Source: the human T2T-CHM13v2.0 reference genome, Homo sapiens. From it: a stretch of 64,000 nt of DNA. The stretch's first letter is position 1. Every line of letters starts with the position of its first letter. Below the pieces are notes generated by a model. It saw only the letters and a program-made list of their open reading frames with translations, made no database searches and was not told the origin of the DNA. The stretch lies in the NCBI RefSeq assembly GCF_009914755.1, contig NC_060947.1. One strand, written 5' to 3'. Shown here in pieces: positions 29,821 through 43,109 of this stretch. The position numbers and the translations under genes are program-made.

Positions 29821-30057
29821 GGCTATAATTTCTAAGAGGACTTACAATACTGAAATTACAGGATTCTGGTTTTATTCAAACGAGAGATATTCTTTTTAAG
29901 AAGATTAATAAAAACATACTTTATAATTCCCTGGAAATTAAAAAAAAATACCATACACAGAAACACTCTTCTACCAATGTTGTTTACCCAATTTAGGCCT
30001 TTATGTATGTTTTCTTCTGAATAGCTATAATGATTTGCCATTCTAGATCAGTTATTC

Positions 30058-30355
30058 TTTTTTGTTTTTTTTAAGACAGAGTCTCACACTGTCACCCAGG
30101 CTGGAGTGCAGTGGCCTGATCTGGGCTCCCTGAAACCTCCGCCTCCTGGGTTCAAGTGATTCTCCTGCCTCAGCCTCCCAAATAGCTGGGATTACAGGCG
30201 CCTGCCACCACATCCAGCTAATTTTTTGTATTTTTAGTAAAGATAGGGTTTCACCATGTTGGCCAGGCAGGTCTCGAACTCCTGACTTCAAGTGATCCAC
30301 CATCCTTGGCCTCCCAAAGTTTTTGGATTACAGGCATGAGCCACTGCAGCTGGCC
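30058..30355 (-). mobile_element. Alu (AluSx/Sz-like)
   Basis: Full reverse Alu. TSD ta(g/t)atcagttat(t/c)ctt at 30044-30059 and 30356-30371. Confidence 0.95.
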
Positions 30356-30384
30356 TATATCAGTTATCCTTAATAAAAACTTTT

Positions 30385-30702
30385 CTTGTGATAGTTTGCT
30401 GAGAATGATGGTTTCCAGCTTCATCCATGCAAGGACAAAAAACCAAACACCGCGTGTTCTCACTCATAGGTGGGAATTGAACAATGAGAACACTTGGACA
30501 CAGGAAGGGGAACGTCACACACCGAGGCCTGTTGTGGGGTGGGGGGAGGGGGGAGGGATAGCATTAGGAGATATACCTAATGTAAATGACGAGTTAATGG
30601 GTGCAGCACACCAACATGGCACATGTAAACATATGTAACAAACCTGCACATTGTGCACATGTACCCTAGAACTTAAAGTATAATAAAATATATATGTATT
30701 AA
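30385..30702 (+). mobile_element. Very short L1PA (L1PA4/5-like) insertion with 5' inversion
   Basis: Inverted 45-bp piece 30385-30429 plus forward 3'UTR with G-rich tract and A/T tail. TSD aaaaacttt(t/a)ctt at 30375-30387 and 30703-30715. Confidence 0.9.
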
Positions 30703-30719
30703 AAAAACTTTACTTATAT

Positions 30720-31215
30720 CATTCTCTTGCTTAAATTGGCAATGGCTACCCATTGCCAGTAGGACAAAATTAAAAACTCATCTTTTAACTCAAGGCCATC
30801 TTCAATTATCTTTCCTGCCTTATCTCTTACCATAATCCGTCACTCTCTAGATACACCAGAATACTTGCCTTTGTTTAAATTTACTATATACTTCTATCAC
30901 TTTGCTCTACCTTTCACCTGCTAAATTCTTCAGGATCTGCTCAAATGTTAGCCAGTCCCAGGGGCCTTGCCAAATCTCCCCTAGGCCAAATGCAGAACCC
31001 TTCCTTTGTCCCACTTCTTGTCATTACATATAATCTCGTTTTGCCAGCATTTCTCACCATCTTCCTTGAACTAGTTACCTGTTTCCTTGCTTCTCTCCAT
31101 GACTACAGCACAGAGTTTATGCCTTTGTCATTTGCAATACCTTCCCTGACCTCAGCCTCTAGTTCATGTCTTGTATAAAATAGTTCATTGATAGCACATT
31201 TTTTAATTCAATTAA
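30720..31215 (+). mobile_element. L2 fragment
   Basis: cttaaattggcaatggctacccattgcc...ggacaaaattaaaaactc, pyrimidine-rich L2-like body. Confidence 0.55.
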
Positions 31216-32902
31216 ATTATTCTCTACATAAGCTTGGCACATAGAGTACTTCCAGTGAACACGAAAGCCTCATTGACCTGGTGGTATTGAGGATCATGGA
31301 ATTTTCCCCTTTAAGTACTAAAACATTGGAACATTTAACTATTTTAGGTGGCACTCTAAGATGTATTACATTTGTTTTCCTGCTTAAATAAACAGATAAA
31401 TGGATTTGAACAAAAAAAAGTAATCTTTTTGTTGTTTGATGCAGGGTCCTTAATAGCCACATAAGTGGTGCAATGCTGTTATGCTGTGATCTCCTCTTAG
31501 ATTGCTTTGTGGTTTGCCTAACTGTGACTCTGGGTTAAACTGATCCACAATTTCAGGTCTCAATTTAATGACACTACCATGTCATTTTACATATTGTCAG
31601 ATACTGATTTTCGTTGGGTTTATCCATGATCATATCTGTAGTCTTCTGTAACAGGCCAAACTGAGAGATGCTAGGAGAAAACAGATAAAGAAGAAATTTA
31701 TTTAACTAGAGACATTATGTTTTTGATATAATGCTAAGTCAATTGTCTTTGAGAAAAATTGGCAGACTTGACCATATCTTTATCTTTGGATAGAGACGAT
31801 TCCTCCTGAATTCTAGTTTTGTGGCTGCATTCCAGATGAGTGAGGTTGTTAGAAGCCTGACCCCCCACTCCCAGATAAGCATTACCCTGCTTGACTGATG
31901 AGTGATTCTGCACTACCCAGATATTTCCCATGAATAAATAACATTGTGGAGGTCTAGCTTTTAATTTTCTGAATGGAACAAATGTCACCTTTGTCATCTA
32001 CCCAAAGCAAGTCCGATAAAATAAAAGGATAATGTTCATTACATTTTCCAAAGCAGCTTCATACTATTTTTTCTAAGCTATATTTCTTGTCTTCTGCTTT
32101 GATGTTTCTATTATTTCTCTTTCAACTTTTATTTAGGTTCATGGGCTACATGTGTAGGCTTTTTAATGGGTAAATTTCATGTCTCTGGGATTTTTTATAC
32201 AAATGATTTCATCACTCAGGTAGTGAGGATAGTACTCGATGGTTTTTCAACTCTCACCCTCCTCCTACCCTCCACCGTCAAGTAGGCTCTGGTGTCTATG
32301 TTCCTCTCTTTGTGTACATGTGTGCTCAATGTTTAGCTCCCACTTATAAGTGGGAGCATGCAGTATATGGTTTTCTGTTCTTGCATTAATTTGCTTAGGT
32401 TAATGGCCTCCAGGAGCATTTATGTTGCTTCAAAGGACATAATTTCATTTTTTATGGCCAAATTTTTGTTTGCTGGTTTAAATTCCTCTGGATTTTGCAT
32501 ATTATAACTTGGTCACCATTCCATGGATAATCTGGTCACCATTCCATGGTGTATATGTACCACATTTTCTTTATCTAGTCCACCATTGATGGGCATCTAG
32601 ATTGATATCATGTCTTGGCTATTGTGAATGATGCTGTGATTAACATATAAGTGCAAGTGTCTTATTGATAGAATGATTTATATTCCTTTGGGTGTATACC
32701 CAATAATGGGATTGCTGGGTCAAAAGGTAGTTCTGCTTTGAGTTCTCTGATGAATCTTCCAATTGTTTTCCACAGTGACGGAACTAATTTACATTCCCAC
32801 TGGTAGTGTATAATAAGCATTCCTTTTTTCTGCAACCTTGTGACAATCTGTTATTTTCTGACTTTGTAATAATAGCCATTCTTACTAGTGTGAGTGAGAA
32901 GG

Positions 32903-35114
32903 TGTATTAGTCTGTTTTCATGCCTCTCACAATCATGGCAAAAGGCAAGGAGGAGCAAGTCACATCTTACGTGGATGGAGGCAGGCAAATAGAGGGCTTG
33001 TGTGGAGAGTCTCCCATTTTTAAAAAACATCAGATCTCATGAGACCTATTCACTCTCACGAGAATAGCATGGAAAAGACCCACCTCCAGGATTCATTCAT
33101 TCACTCCCTTGTGGTCCCTCTCACAGCATGTGGGAATTATGGGAGCTAGAAGATGAGATTTGGGTGGGAACACAGAACCAAACCATTTCATTCCACCCCG
33201 GCCCTTCCCAAATCTTGTATCTTCACATTTCAAAACAAATCATGCCTTCCCAACAGTCCCTCAAAGTTTTAACTCATTTCAGTGTCAACTTAAAAGTCCA
33301 CAGTCCAACATCTGATCTGAGACAAGGAAAGTCCCTTCTGCCTATGAGCCTGTAAAATCAAAATCAAGTTAGTTACTTCCTAGATACAATGGGGGTACAG
33401 GCATTGGGTAAATATAGCTGTTCCAAATAAGAGAAATTGGCCAAAACAGAGGGCCTACAGGCCCCATGCAAGTCCAAAATCCAACAGGACAGTCAAATCT
33501 TAAAGCTCCAAAATGATCTCCTTTGACTCCAGGTCTTGCATCTGGGTCACAATGATGTAATAGGTGGATTCCCATGGCAGCTCCGTCTCTGTGGCTTGGC
33601 AGGGTACAGCCTTCCTCCTAGCTGCTTTCACGGGCTGGCATTGAGTGTCTGCAGCTTTATCAGGTGCATGGTGCAAGCTGTTAGTGGAACTACCATTCTG
33701 GGGTCTGGAGAATGGTGGCCCTCTTCTCACAGCTCCATTAGGTGGTGCCCCAGTAGGGGCTCCCAACCCACATTTCCCTTTCACACTGCCCTAGCAGAGG
33801 TTCTCCATGAGGATCTCACCCCTGCAGCAAACTTCTGCCTGGGAATCCAGGTGTTTCCATACATCTTCTGAAATCAAAGTGGAGGTTCCCAAACCTCAAT
33901 TCTTGACTTCTGTGCACTCACAGGCTCAACACCATGTGGAAGCTGCCAAGGCTTGAGGCCTGCACCCTCTGAAACCAAGGCCTGACCTATACCTTTTTTC
34001 CTTTCAGCCATGGCTGGAGTCGCTAGGACACAGGGCACCAATGCCCTAGGTTGCACACAGCATGGGGACCCTTGGCCTGGCCCGTGGAACCACTTTTTCC
34101 TTCTAGGCCTCCAGGCCTGTGATGGGAGGGGCTGCCACAATGGTCTCTGACATACCCTAGAGACATTTTCCCCATTGTCTTGGGGATTAACATTTGGCTC
34201 CTGGTTAGTTAGGCAAATTTCTGCAGCAGGCTTGAATTTCTCCTCAGGAAATGAGATTTTCTTCTTTATTGCATTGTCAGACTGCAAATTTTCTGAACTT
34301 TTATGCTCTTCTTCCCTTATGAAACAATGTTTTTAACAGCACCCATGTAAAATCTTGAATACATTGCTGCTTAGAAATTTCTTCCACCAGATACCCTAAA
34401 TCATCTCTCTCAATTTCAAAGTTTCAAAAATCTCTAGGGCAGGGGCAAAATGCTGCCAGTCTCTTTGCTAAAACATAACAATAGTCATGTTTTTTGATCC
34501 ATTTCCCAACAAGTTCTTCATTTTCATCTGAGACCACCTCAGCCTGGATTTAATTGTACATATTGCTATCAACATTTTTGTCAAAGCCATTCAACAAGTC
34601 TCTAGGAAGTTCCAAACTTTCCTTCATTATTCTGTCTTCTCCTGAGCCCTTCAAACTGTTCCAACCTCTGCCTGTTACCCAGTTCTAAAGCCACTTCCAC
34701 ATTTTTGGGTATCTTTTCAGCAAAACCCCACTCCCAGTACCAATGTACTGTATTAGTCTATTTTCATGATGCTGATAAAGACACACCCGAGGTTAGGAAA
34801 TTTACAAAAGAAAGAGGTTTAATGACTTACAGTTCCACGTGGCTGGGAAGTCATCACAATCATGGCAGAAGGCAAGGAGGAGCAAGTCACATCTTACATG
34901 GATGGCAGCAGGCAAAGAAAGTGCTCTTGCAGAGGAACTCTTGTTTTTTAAAACCATCAGACCTCATGAGACCCATTCACCATCACAATAACAGCATGGG
35001 AAAGACACGCCCCCATGATTTAATTATCTCCCACTGGGTTCCTCCCACAACACATGGAAATTATGGGAGCTACAAGATGAGATTTAGATGGGGACACAGA
35101 GCCAAACCATATCA
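32903..35114 (-). mobile_element. Complete THE1 (THE1B/C-like) MaLR element: LTR 32903-33190, internal 33191-34748, LTR 34749-35114
   Basis: Both LTRs read tgtattagtc...aacca(t/a)(t/a)tca. Typical THE1-int sequence lies between them. Inserted in L1 'gtgagatggtatctc' with degenerate 5-bp TSD (gaagg/gatag). Confidence 0.93.
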
Positions 35115-38100
35115 GATAGTATCTCATTCTGGTTTTAATGTGCATCTTTCTAATCATTAGTCATGCTGACCATTTTAAAATATGTTTGTTGACCACTTGT
35201 ACGTTGTTTTTGGAGAAGGTCCTGGGAATGTTCTTTTCCATTTCTCAATAGTGATGTTTGTTTTTCTGCATGCTGATTTAAATTCCTTCTGGATTTTGCA
35301 TATTAGACCTTTGACAGATGTATAGTTTGCAAATATGTTCTTCCATTCCATAGGTTATTTCTTTATTTTTTTGATAATTTTTTGTTCTGTGCAGAAGCTC
35401 TTTAGTTTAACTAGATCCCACTTGCTTATTTTTGTTTTTGGTTCAATTGCTTTTGGAGACTTCCTCATGAAAAGTTTTTCTAGGCCTATATTCAGAAGGG
35501 TATGTCCTAGACCTTCTTTTTTTTTGTAGTTTTAGGTCTTACATTTAAGTCTTTAATCCAATGCAAATTGATTTTTGTATACGGCAAAAGGAAGGGGTCC
35601 AGTTTCAATATGCTGAATATGGCTAACCAGTTATCCCAGCACAATCCTTTTCCTATTACTTGTTGTTCTCAACTTTGTCAAAGATCACATGGGTGTAGGA
35701 GTGTGGCTTTATATCTGTGTTCTTTATTCTGTTCCCTTGGTCTCTTTGTTCTTGTACCGGTATCATGATGTTTGGCTACTGTAGATTTGTAATATAGTTT
35801 GAAGTTGGGTAGTGTAATTCCTCTGGCTTTGTACTTTTTGTTTAAGATTACTTTGGCTATTCAGGCCCTTTTTTGGTTCCAAATGAACTTTAGAATAGAT
35901 TTTTATAATTCTGTGAGAAACAACACCAGTAATTTAAAAATAATAGCCTGAATCTGTAAATTGCTTTGGGAAATATAGCTATTTTAACAATATTTATTTT
36001 TCTATCCATGAACATGGAATGTTTCTCCATTTGTTTGTATTGTCTATAATTTATTTCAGCAGTGTTTTATAATTCTTGTACAGATTTATCCCTTCCTGGT
36101 TAGCTGTATTTCTAGGTAATTTATTCTTTTTGTGGCTATTGTGAATAGGATTGTAATCTTGATTTGGCTTTCAGGTTGAATGTTATTGGTGTATAGAAAT
36201 ATTAATACTACTGATTTTTGTACATTGATTTTGTACCTTGAAACTTTGCTGGAGTTGTTTATCAGATCTTGAAAGCTTTGGGCAGAATATGGTATGTTCT
36301 AGTATAGACTTATATTGCCTGCAATGAGAGACAGTTTGACTTTCTCTGTTTTTATTCAGATACCTTTTATTTATTACTCTTGCCTAATTTGTCTGGCTAG
36401 GACTTTGGGTACTATGTTGAATAGGAGTGGTGAGAGTGGGCATCTTTATCTTATTCTGGTTCTTAGGGGTAATATTTGCAACTTTTTCCTGTTGAGTGTG
36501 ATGGCTGTGGGTTTGTCATAGATGGCTCTTATTATTTTGAACTATGTTTCTTCAATGCCTAGTTTGTTAAGGGGTTTCAACATAAAGGGATGTTGAATTT
36601 TATCAAAAGCCTTTTCTGCATCTATTGAGATGATGATATAATTTCTGTTTTTAGTTATTTTATGTGCTGAATCACAGTTATTGATTTGTGTATGTTGAAC
36701 CAACCTTGCTTCTCAGGAATAAAGCCCACTTGATCATGGTGGATTAGCTTTCTGGTGTGTTCAAGGATTCAGTTTGCTAGTATTTTGTTGAGAATTTTTG
36801 TGTCTATGTTCATCAGGGATATTGGCATAAAGTTTTCTTTATTCATTGTGTCTCTGCCAGATTTTGGAATCAGAATAATACTGGTCTCATAGAGTAAGTA
36901 AAAGAGGAATCTTTTCCCCTCAATATTTTGGAATAATTTGGGTAGGATGAGTACCAGCTCTTCTTTATACATATGGTTGAATTTGGTTGTGTATTTTTCT
37001 GATCCAGTGCTTTTTCTGGTTGGTAGGTTTATTATTACTGATTCAACTTCAAAACTTGTTATTTGTCAGCTCACGATTTCTATTTCTTCCTGGTTAAATC
37101 TTGGAAAGTTATCCACCTCTAGGTTTTCTAGTTTGTGTGCATAAAGTTGTTCATAATAGTCTCTGAAAGTTTTTTGTATTTCTGTGGGGTCAGTGGTAAT
37201 ACCTACTTTGTCATTTATGATAGTTTTTATTTGAATCTTCTCCCTTTCTTCTTAATTCATCTAGCTAGTGGCCTATCGGTCTTATTTATTCTTTGAAAGA
37301 ACCAACTTTTTGTTTTGTTGATCTTTTGGATGGATCGTTATGTCTCAATTTTCTTCAACTTAGCTCTAATTTTAGTTATTTATTGTCTTCTGATAGCTTT
37401 GGGGTGGGTTTACTCTTGTTTTTCTAGTTCCTCTAGGTGTGATGTTAGGTTGTTGAGATCTTTCTAACTTCTTGATGTAAACATTTAGCACTACAAACTT
37501 TTCTCTTAACACTGCTTTAGCTATGTCCCAGATATTTTGCTATGTGTTATCTTTGTTTTCATTCATTTCAGGGAATTTATTGATGTCTGCCTTAATTTCA
37601 TTATTTACCTAACAGTCATTCAGAAGCAGATTTTTAAATTTCCATATTACTGTATGGTTTTGAGACATCTTCTTAGTGTTCATTTATATTTTTATTGCAC
37701 TGTTGTTCAGGAGTGTTATTTGTATGATTTCCATTATTTGAATTTATTGAGAATTGCTTTATGGCAGAGTCTTGTTAATGTTAGAGTATGTGCCATGTTC
37801 AGATAAGAAGAATGTATATTTGGTTGTTGTAGGATGAAGTATTCTGTAGATGTCTGTTAGTTCCATTTGGTCAAGAGTTGAGTTTAAGTCCTGAATATCT
37901 TTGTTAGTTTTTTGCCTTGATTATCTGTTTAGCACTGTCAGTGGTGTGTGGAAGTCTCATATCCTTATTGTGTGATTATCTAAGTCTTCTCATAAGTCTC
38001 TTAGAACTTGTTTTATAAATCTGGGTGCTACAGTGTTGGTTTCTCATATATTCAGATTAGTTATGTCTTCTTGTTGAATTTAACCCTCTATCATTGTATA

Positions 38101-38928
38101 ATGCCCTTCTTTGTCCTTTTTGATAATTGTTTATTTAAAGCCTGTTTTGTCTTTAATGAGAATAACCACTCTTCTTTTTATTTCTGTTTGTTTTATAGAT
38201 CTGCCTCCATCCCTTTACTTTGAGTTTATCGGTGCCATTGCATGTGAGATGGGTCTCTTGAAGGCAGCATACATTTGGATCTTGCTTCTTTATCCAACTT
38301 ACCAGTCTGTGTCTTTTAACTGGGGTGTTTAGCTTGTTTATGTTTAAGATTAATATTGATATGTAAGGATTTATATCTGTCTTTATGTTGCAAGCTGGTT
38401 GTTTTCTAGACTTGATTTCTATAGTTGCTTTTTAGTGTCATTGGGCTATGTACTGAAGTGAGCTTTTATGGTGGCAGGTAACTGTCTTTTATTTACATGT
38501 TTAGCCCTCCTTTAAGGACATCTTGTAAGGCAGATTTGGTGATATCAAATTTCCTTAGCATTTTATTGTCTAAAAAATATTTTTTTCTCCTTCACTCATA
38601 AAACTTAGTTTGACTGTATATAAAATTCTTGGTTGGAATTTCTTTTCTTGAAAGATGCTGAATATAGGCCCCTAATGTCTTCTGGCTTGTATGGTTTGTG
38701 CTGAAAGTTCCACTGTTCACCTTTGGGGTTCCCTTTGCTCATGATCAGCCCCTTCTCTCTAGTTGCCCTTAACACTTTTTTCTTTTACATAGACTTTGGA
38801 GAATCTGATGATGTGTGTCTTGGTGATGGTCATATTCTATAGTATCTCACAGGGGTTCTCTGAATATCCTGAATTTGCATGTTGACCTCTCTAGAGAGGT
38901 TGGAAAAATTTTCATGTATGATATCCTC

Positions 38929-38937
38929 ATATATATG

Positions 38938-38988
<51 letters not shown>
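38929..38988. repeat. (TA)n microsatellite inside L1 ORF1
   Basis: About 25 perfect TA units seen directly. Confidence 0.95.
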
Positions 38989-38992
<4 letters not shown>

Positions 38993-41843
38993 TTTCTAGT
39001 TGCTTGTTCTTTCTCTGTCTTTTTCAGAAATGTCAATGAGTTATAAGTTTGTTTTCTTTACATAATCTCATATTTCTCATATGCTTTCTTCATTTTGTTA
39101 AATTATTTTCTCTTTATATTTTTCTGCCAGTGTTGATTCAAAGGAGCAGTCTTTGAGCTCTAGGATTCTTTCCTCAGTTTGGTCTATTCTGTTATTAATG
39201 CTTCCATTTGCATTCTGAAATTCCTGTAGTAAATTTTTTATTTCCACAAGTTCACTTTGGTTCTTTGTTGAAATGGCCATGCCACTTTTCAACTCTTGGA
39301 CTCTTTTACTGTATTTCTTGCACTGGGTTTCAACCTTCTCCTTTATGTCAATGAGCTTCCTTGACATCCAGATTCTGACTTCAGTGTCTGTCATTTCAGC
39401 CATTTAAGTCTAGTTAAGAACCATTGTTGGGGAGTTAGTGTGGCTATTTGGAGGTAAGAAGATACCCTGGCTTTTAGATTTGCCAGAGTTCTTGCACTGA
39501 TTCTTTCTCAACTGTGTGGTCTAATGTTTATTTAATCCTTGAAGTTGCTCTCTTTTGGATGGAGGTTTTTGCTTTTATATTCTTTGATGTCCTTGAGAAT
39601 TTGACTATGGTATAAGTGAGATTACTCAATTGGCTTTACTTCTGGATGCTTCCAGAGGACCAAGTCTCAGCTCAACTCTCCTGGGCTACATAATCTAACA
39701 CTGAGGGGCTGGGACTAGGCCCACAGCCTTGTTTTTTGGCCCTTCAAGGTTAAGCGTCTGTTGCAGTGGAGAGGCTGAGGTGCTCCTCTAGTCTTTTCGC
39801 AATTATATTCTGACTGAGGCTGCCAGCAAAAACACTCTGGTGGGGCAGCAGTTGGCCTCCAGGCATGTGAATACCAGTGAGGGTCCCCATACACGTGCAT
39901 GGTGGTTGGGCAGCAGTGGATCCACACTCACATGGAAACCGGTGAGGCAGCTAGGGGTGTCTGTGGGAGAGTGCACACTCCCAGGGGAAGGCTGTTGGTC
40001 AGTGCATGCTGGTGGGGGAAGGCTACAGGTAGGTGTGTGACACCAGTGGGGGGATCTGTGGATTGGTGTGTGTTGGTGAGGAGAGGCTGCAGATGGCTGC
40101 ATGCTTGCAGGGGTCCATCTGCAGGAGTGATTTGAAGGTTAGGTGGGGTATTCCAGTGAATATGCTGTGATAAGTGTCCTCTTGAGATTATGATGCAAGT
40201 GAGTGTGGACAGGCAGGGAATCTGGGTGAAACTGGCAGACCTGGCAGTGCTCAGATTACATTGGCCTCATTCCAGGGCAAGGCAACCCTGCTCTGTCAAG
40301 GCCTGGTAGCCAACAATGGCTGGAGCCATTTAGAGGATTATGGCAAGCCTAGGAGATGGGCATCCACAATCATGCTCCACTGCAGTTATTTCTGTGCCAA
40401 ACACTCTGGGCTTCATGCAGATGGACATTCTGTGTCTGCCAAATTGCTTGGCAGTTCTCCTGGCCACCTGAGATATCTGTGAGGTCCATGGAGTCTTCTG
40501 CAGCTAGGATCCCTAAGGCATCTGATGAGACTGGGCCACTTTATACTTACTTATCTTATCCCTATTTTAGGAGCCACTTAGGGTCAGAAATAAGTCCTGG
40601 TGCTTGGCAACCCAATGTGGGGTTCCCAGCTTCCTCCTTTTTCAACCCAAGTGAGTGTCCTCCCTCTATCCACTCTCAACACCTTCTTTCCAAAGATCTG
40701 TTCAGAGTGTGTAGGTCTACTTGATGATTTGGTCTTTGTTGCTGGGAGAAGATCTCAGTGGCTATGCCTAGTCAGCCATCTTGGCTCTACCAGTGCCTTG
40801 GCATTTCTTATTATCTTTCAAGCTGCTGTTGGCTAGGTGACTTTCTTTTACCCTAATCCAGTAGGCATTAAATGTCATTATTTGCAATGATAGGAAAGAT
40901 CTTTCTGTTATCTGGAGACTCAGTTATCAGTGACATATTAGGACACAGGCAGTTTCAGTGACACAAAGGAGATATTTCTCTGAAGCATTCAAAATATCAA
41001 ACATAATTCAAGTTCTTTTCAAAGAAAAAATATTCTTTCACGTAAATCTCCTTTGACAAAATTCATCTGTATCTGGAATTTCTAAAGGATAGTTTCAAAA
41101 CATGTTTATCCTATACATATCTTAATCATATTTAACAATATTCATCTTTTCTGCATAATCAGTTCAGTATTCAGAAGACAATTTTCTCTCCAAAAGCAAG
41201 GGATTTAAGAGAGTTTAAGCAAGAAGGGATTTTGAGATCATCTAATCTAGACTCCTATCCTTAGTTGGTAGGTTTTATCCTAATTTTATAAATGAGACTA
41301 GCAAAACTCCCACACCATCTATGGGACTATTTAAATTTATTTAGATGTTAGCGTTTATCTTTGATCTATGAGTTTCTCTTTGATTTGTGATCTTTGTTTC
41401 CCATTTTGTTTTCTCTCAGCATGAATAAACTCTAATCATCTGCTGGGCTTCTCTCAGACTGCTTGTTGATCATTTTTTTAAGGTTCATTCCTAGGCATAT
41501 TTCTTACTGTTTGGCATTGAGTAGACCTCATAGTGGTCTTAATTCATGGTTTCTGTTGTTTAGCCTGAGGAAGTCGGTGGCTACTAGAATGGTTGACCAT
41601 TTTCTATAGGCTTCCCAGACTGCATTTTTTTTCCTGGAGATGATTTAATGTTCTGTCTCACCTTCTCAGCTCTATTAATTTACCTGTCAAATTTTCAATG
41701 ATGTGTTTATGCACCTACTCTCTGCTCGAGGACAATTAATCAAGTTAAATTGAGAGATATCAAATGCCTCACACCTTTAAAAGGAAACCTTAGTGTAACC
41801 TTTTTTTTTTTTAACAAAAAACTAGGTTGTTAGAAACTCCAGG

Positions 41844-41865
41844 ACACACACACACACACACACAC
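41844..41865. repeat. (CA)n microsatellite
   Basis: Seen directly. Confidence 0.9.
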
Positions 41866-41939
41866 CAAAATTAACTCTGTGTCATGTATAAAAATGCATC
41901 ATTACACTTTTCCCTCAAATTTTAATGTGCTGCTTTTTT

Positions 41940-42390
41940 GAAGTCAGCCACATTTCCCTCCTCAGTCAGTGGAAACCCTTTGATTTCTGTCCCTATAATT
42001 TTGCATTTCCAGAATGTCATATATATGGAATAATATAATACGTAACTTTTTGAGTTAGGCTTTTTTCATTTAGCAAATTTCATTGATAACTTTTCCATGT
42101 TGCTTATCCATTTTTTAATGCTGAATAGTATTCCATTGTTTGAATATATTACCATTTGTTTATCACTTCACTGATCTTTCAGTCTGGGTTCCTGCAACTT
42201 TTGTGCTGTTTTGAAAAAAGCTATTATGAACATTTATGTACAAGTCTTTATGTGAACCCATGTTTTCATTTCTCCTGGGTATATACCTAAAATGGAAATT
42301 TCTTGGCTATAGCAACAGCGTACGTTTAACTTTTTTTAAAACTGCCAAACTGTTTTCAAAAGTGTGTATGCTATTTTGCATTCCCTTAGG
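41940..42390 (-). mobile_element. Old L1M (L1MB/MC-like) 3' fragment
   Basis: ttccagaatgtcatatatatggaat...gctgaatagtattccattg...aactgccaaactgttttcaaaagtg. Confidence 0.75.
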
Positions 42391-42619
42391 GCATGCAAAT
42401 TTAGGATTGAGTTCTATGACTCAATCCTAATCCATTGCATTCTGGATTTGTGCTCTTCTTACTCCTCAGGCTTCTTTCCTTGTTAATTCTCTCCTATCTT
42501 TCTCTGTTTTACCAAAACTACCCTCTCTGAGGCCACCAATGTTAAACTAAAGCATTTTCAGTCAATTTTTAAAACCGGGAATGTCTTTCTTTCTTGGTTT
42601 CTGTGAAAGTTCTGTATTG

Positions 42620-42890
42620 ATTATTCACCTTAAGTCATCTTAAATGTCATCTCTTTGGAAAGGCAACTGACACCCAATTATTCAATTTTCATCTCAACCA
42701 ATTATTTATCACTACTTGATATTTTTGTTCATTTACTCATTTATTTGCTTACTGCCTATCCACCATGACTAGAATGCAAACTTGACAAAAACAGAGACTT
42801 GTGTCTGTCTTGATTGATGTCATATCCCTATTTCATGAATCAGCAGTTGGCATCTAGTAAGCACTCAATCAATGTTTATTGAATAAATCC
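42620..42890 (+). mobile_element. L2a 3' end
   Basis: gactagaatgcaaactt...tggcatctagtaagcactcaatcaatgtttattgaataaat. Confidence 0.75.
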
Positions 42891-43109
42891 TCTGATGTCT
42901 CCGAACACACTTCCTATATCTCATTTCTTGCTTCCATTCGTTTTTCTTGCCCCTTAAGTGGAGTCATTCTTTAATGTGTTGTTTTTTTCTCTATATTTAT
43001 TTTCCCTGGGTGAATGGATTCTTGCTCACACACTTAACTGGTTGAATCATGGATGACACATAAGTGAACTAAGCATTAGATTGATTCTAAGTGGGTAAGA
43101 CCTAGGGCT

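Larger units (their letters stand above)
32118..40790 (-). mobile_element. Near-full-length old L1PA (L1PA15/16-like), interrupted by THE1
   Basis: 3'UTR at 32118; ORF2 remnants; ORF1 remnant (ORF 39098-39403 MAEMTDTEVRIW...); GC-richer 5'UTR ending cagccatcttgg (= ccaagatggctg). Confidence 0.9.

Noticed and set aside
33874-35160. 137-aa and 151-aa ORFs
   Set aside because: THE1 internal and LTR sequence, not cellular genes.
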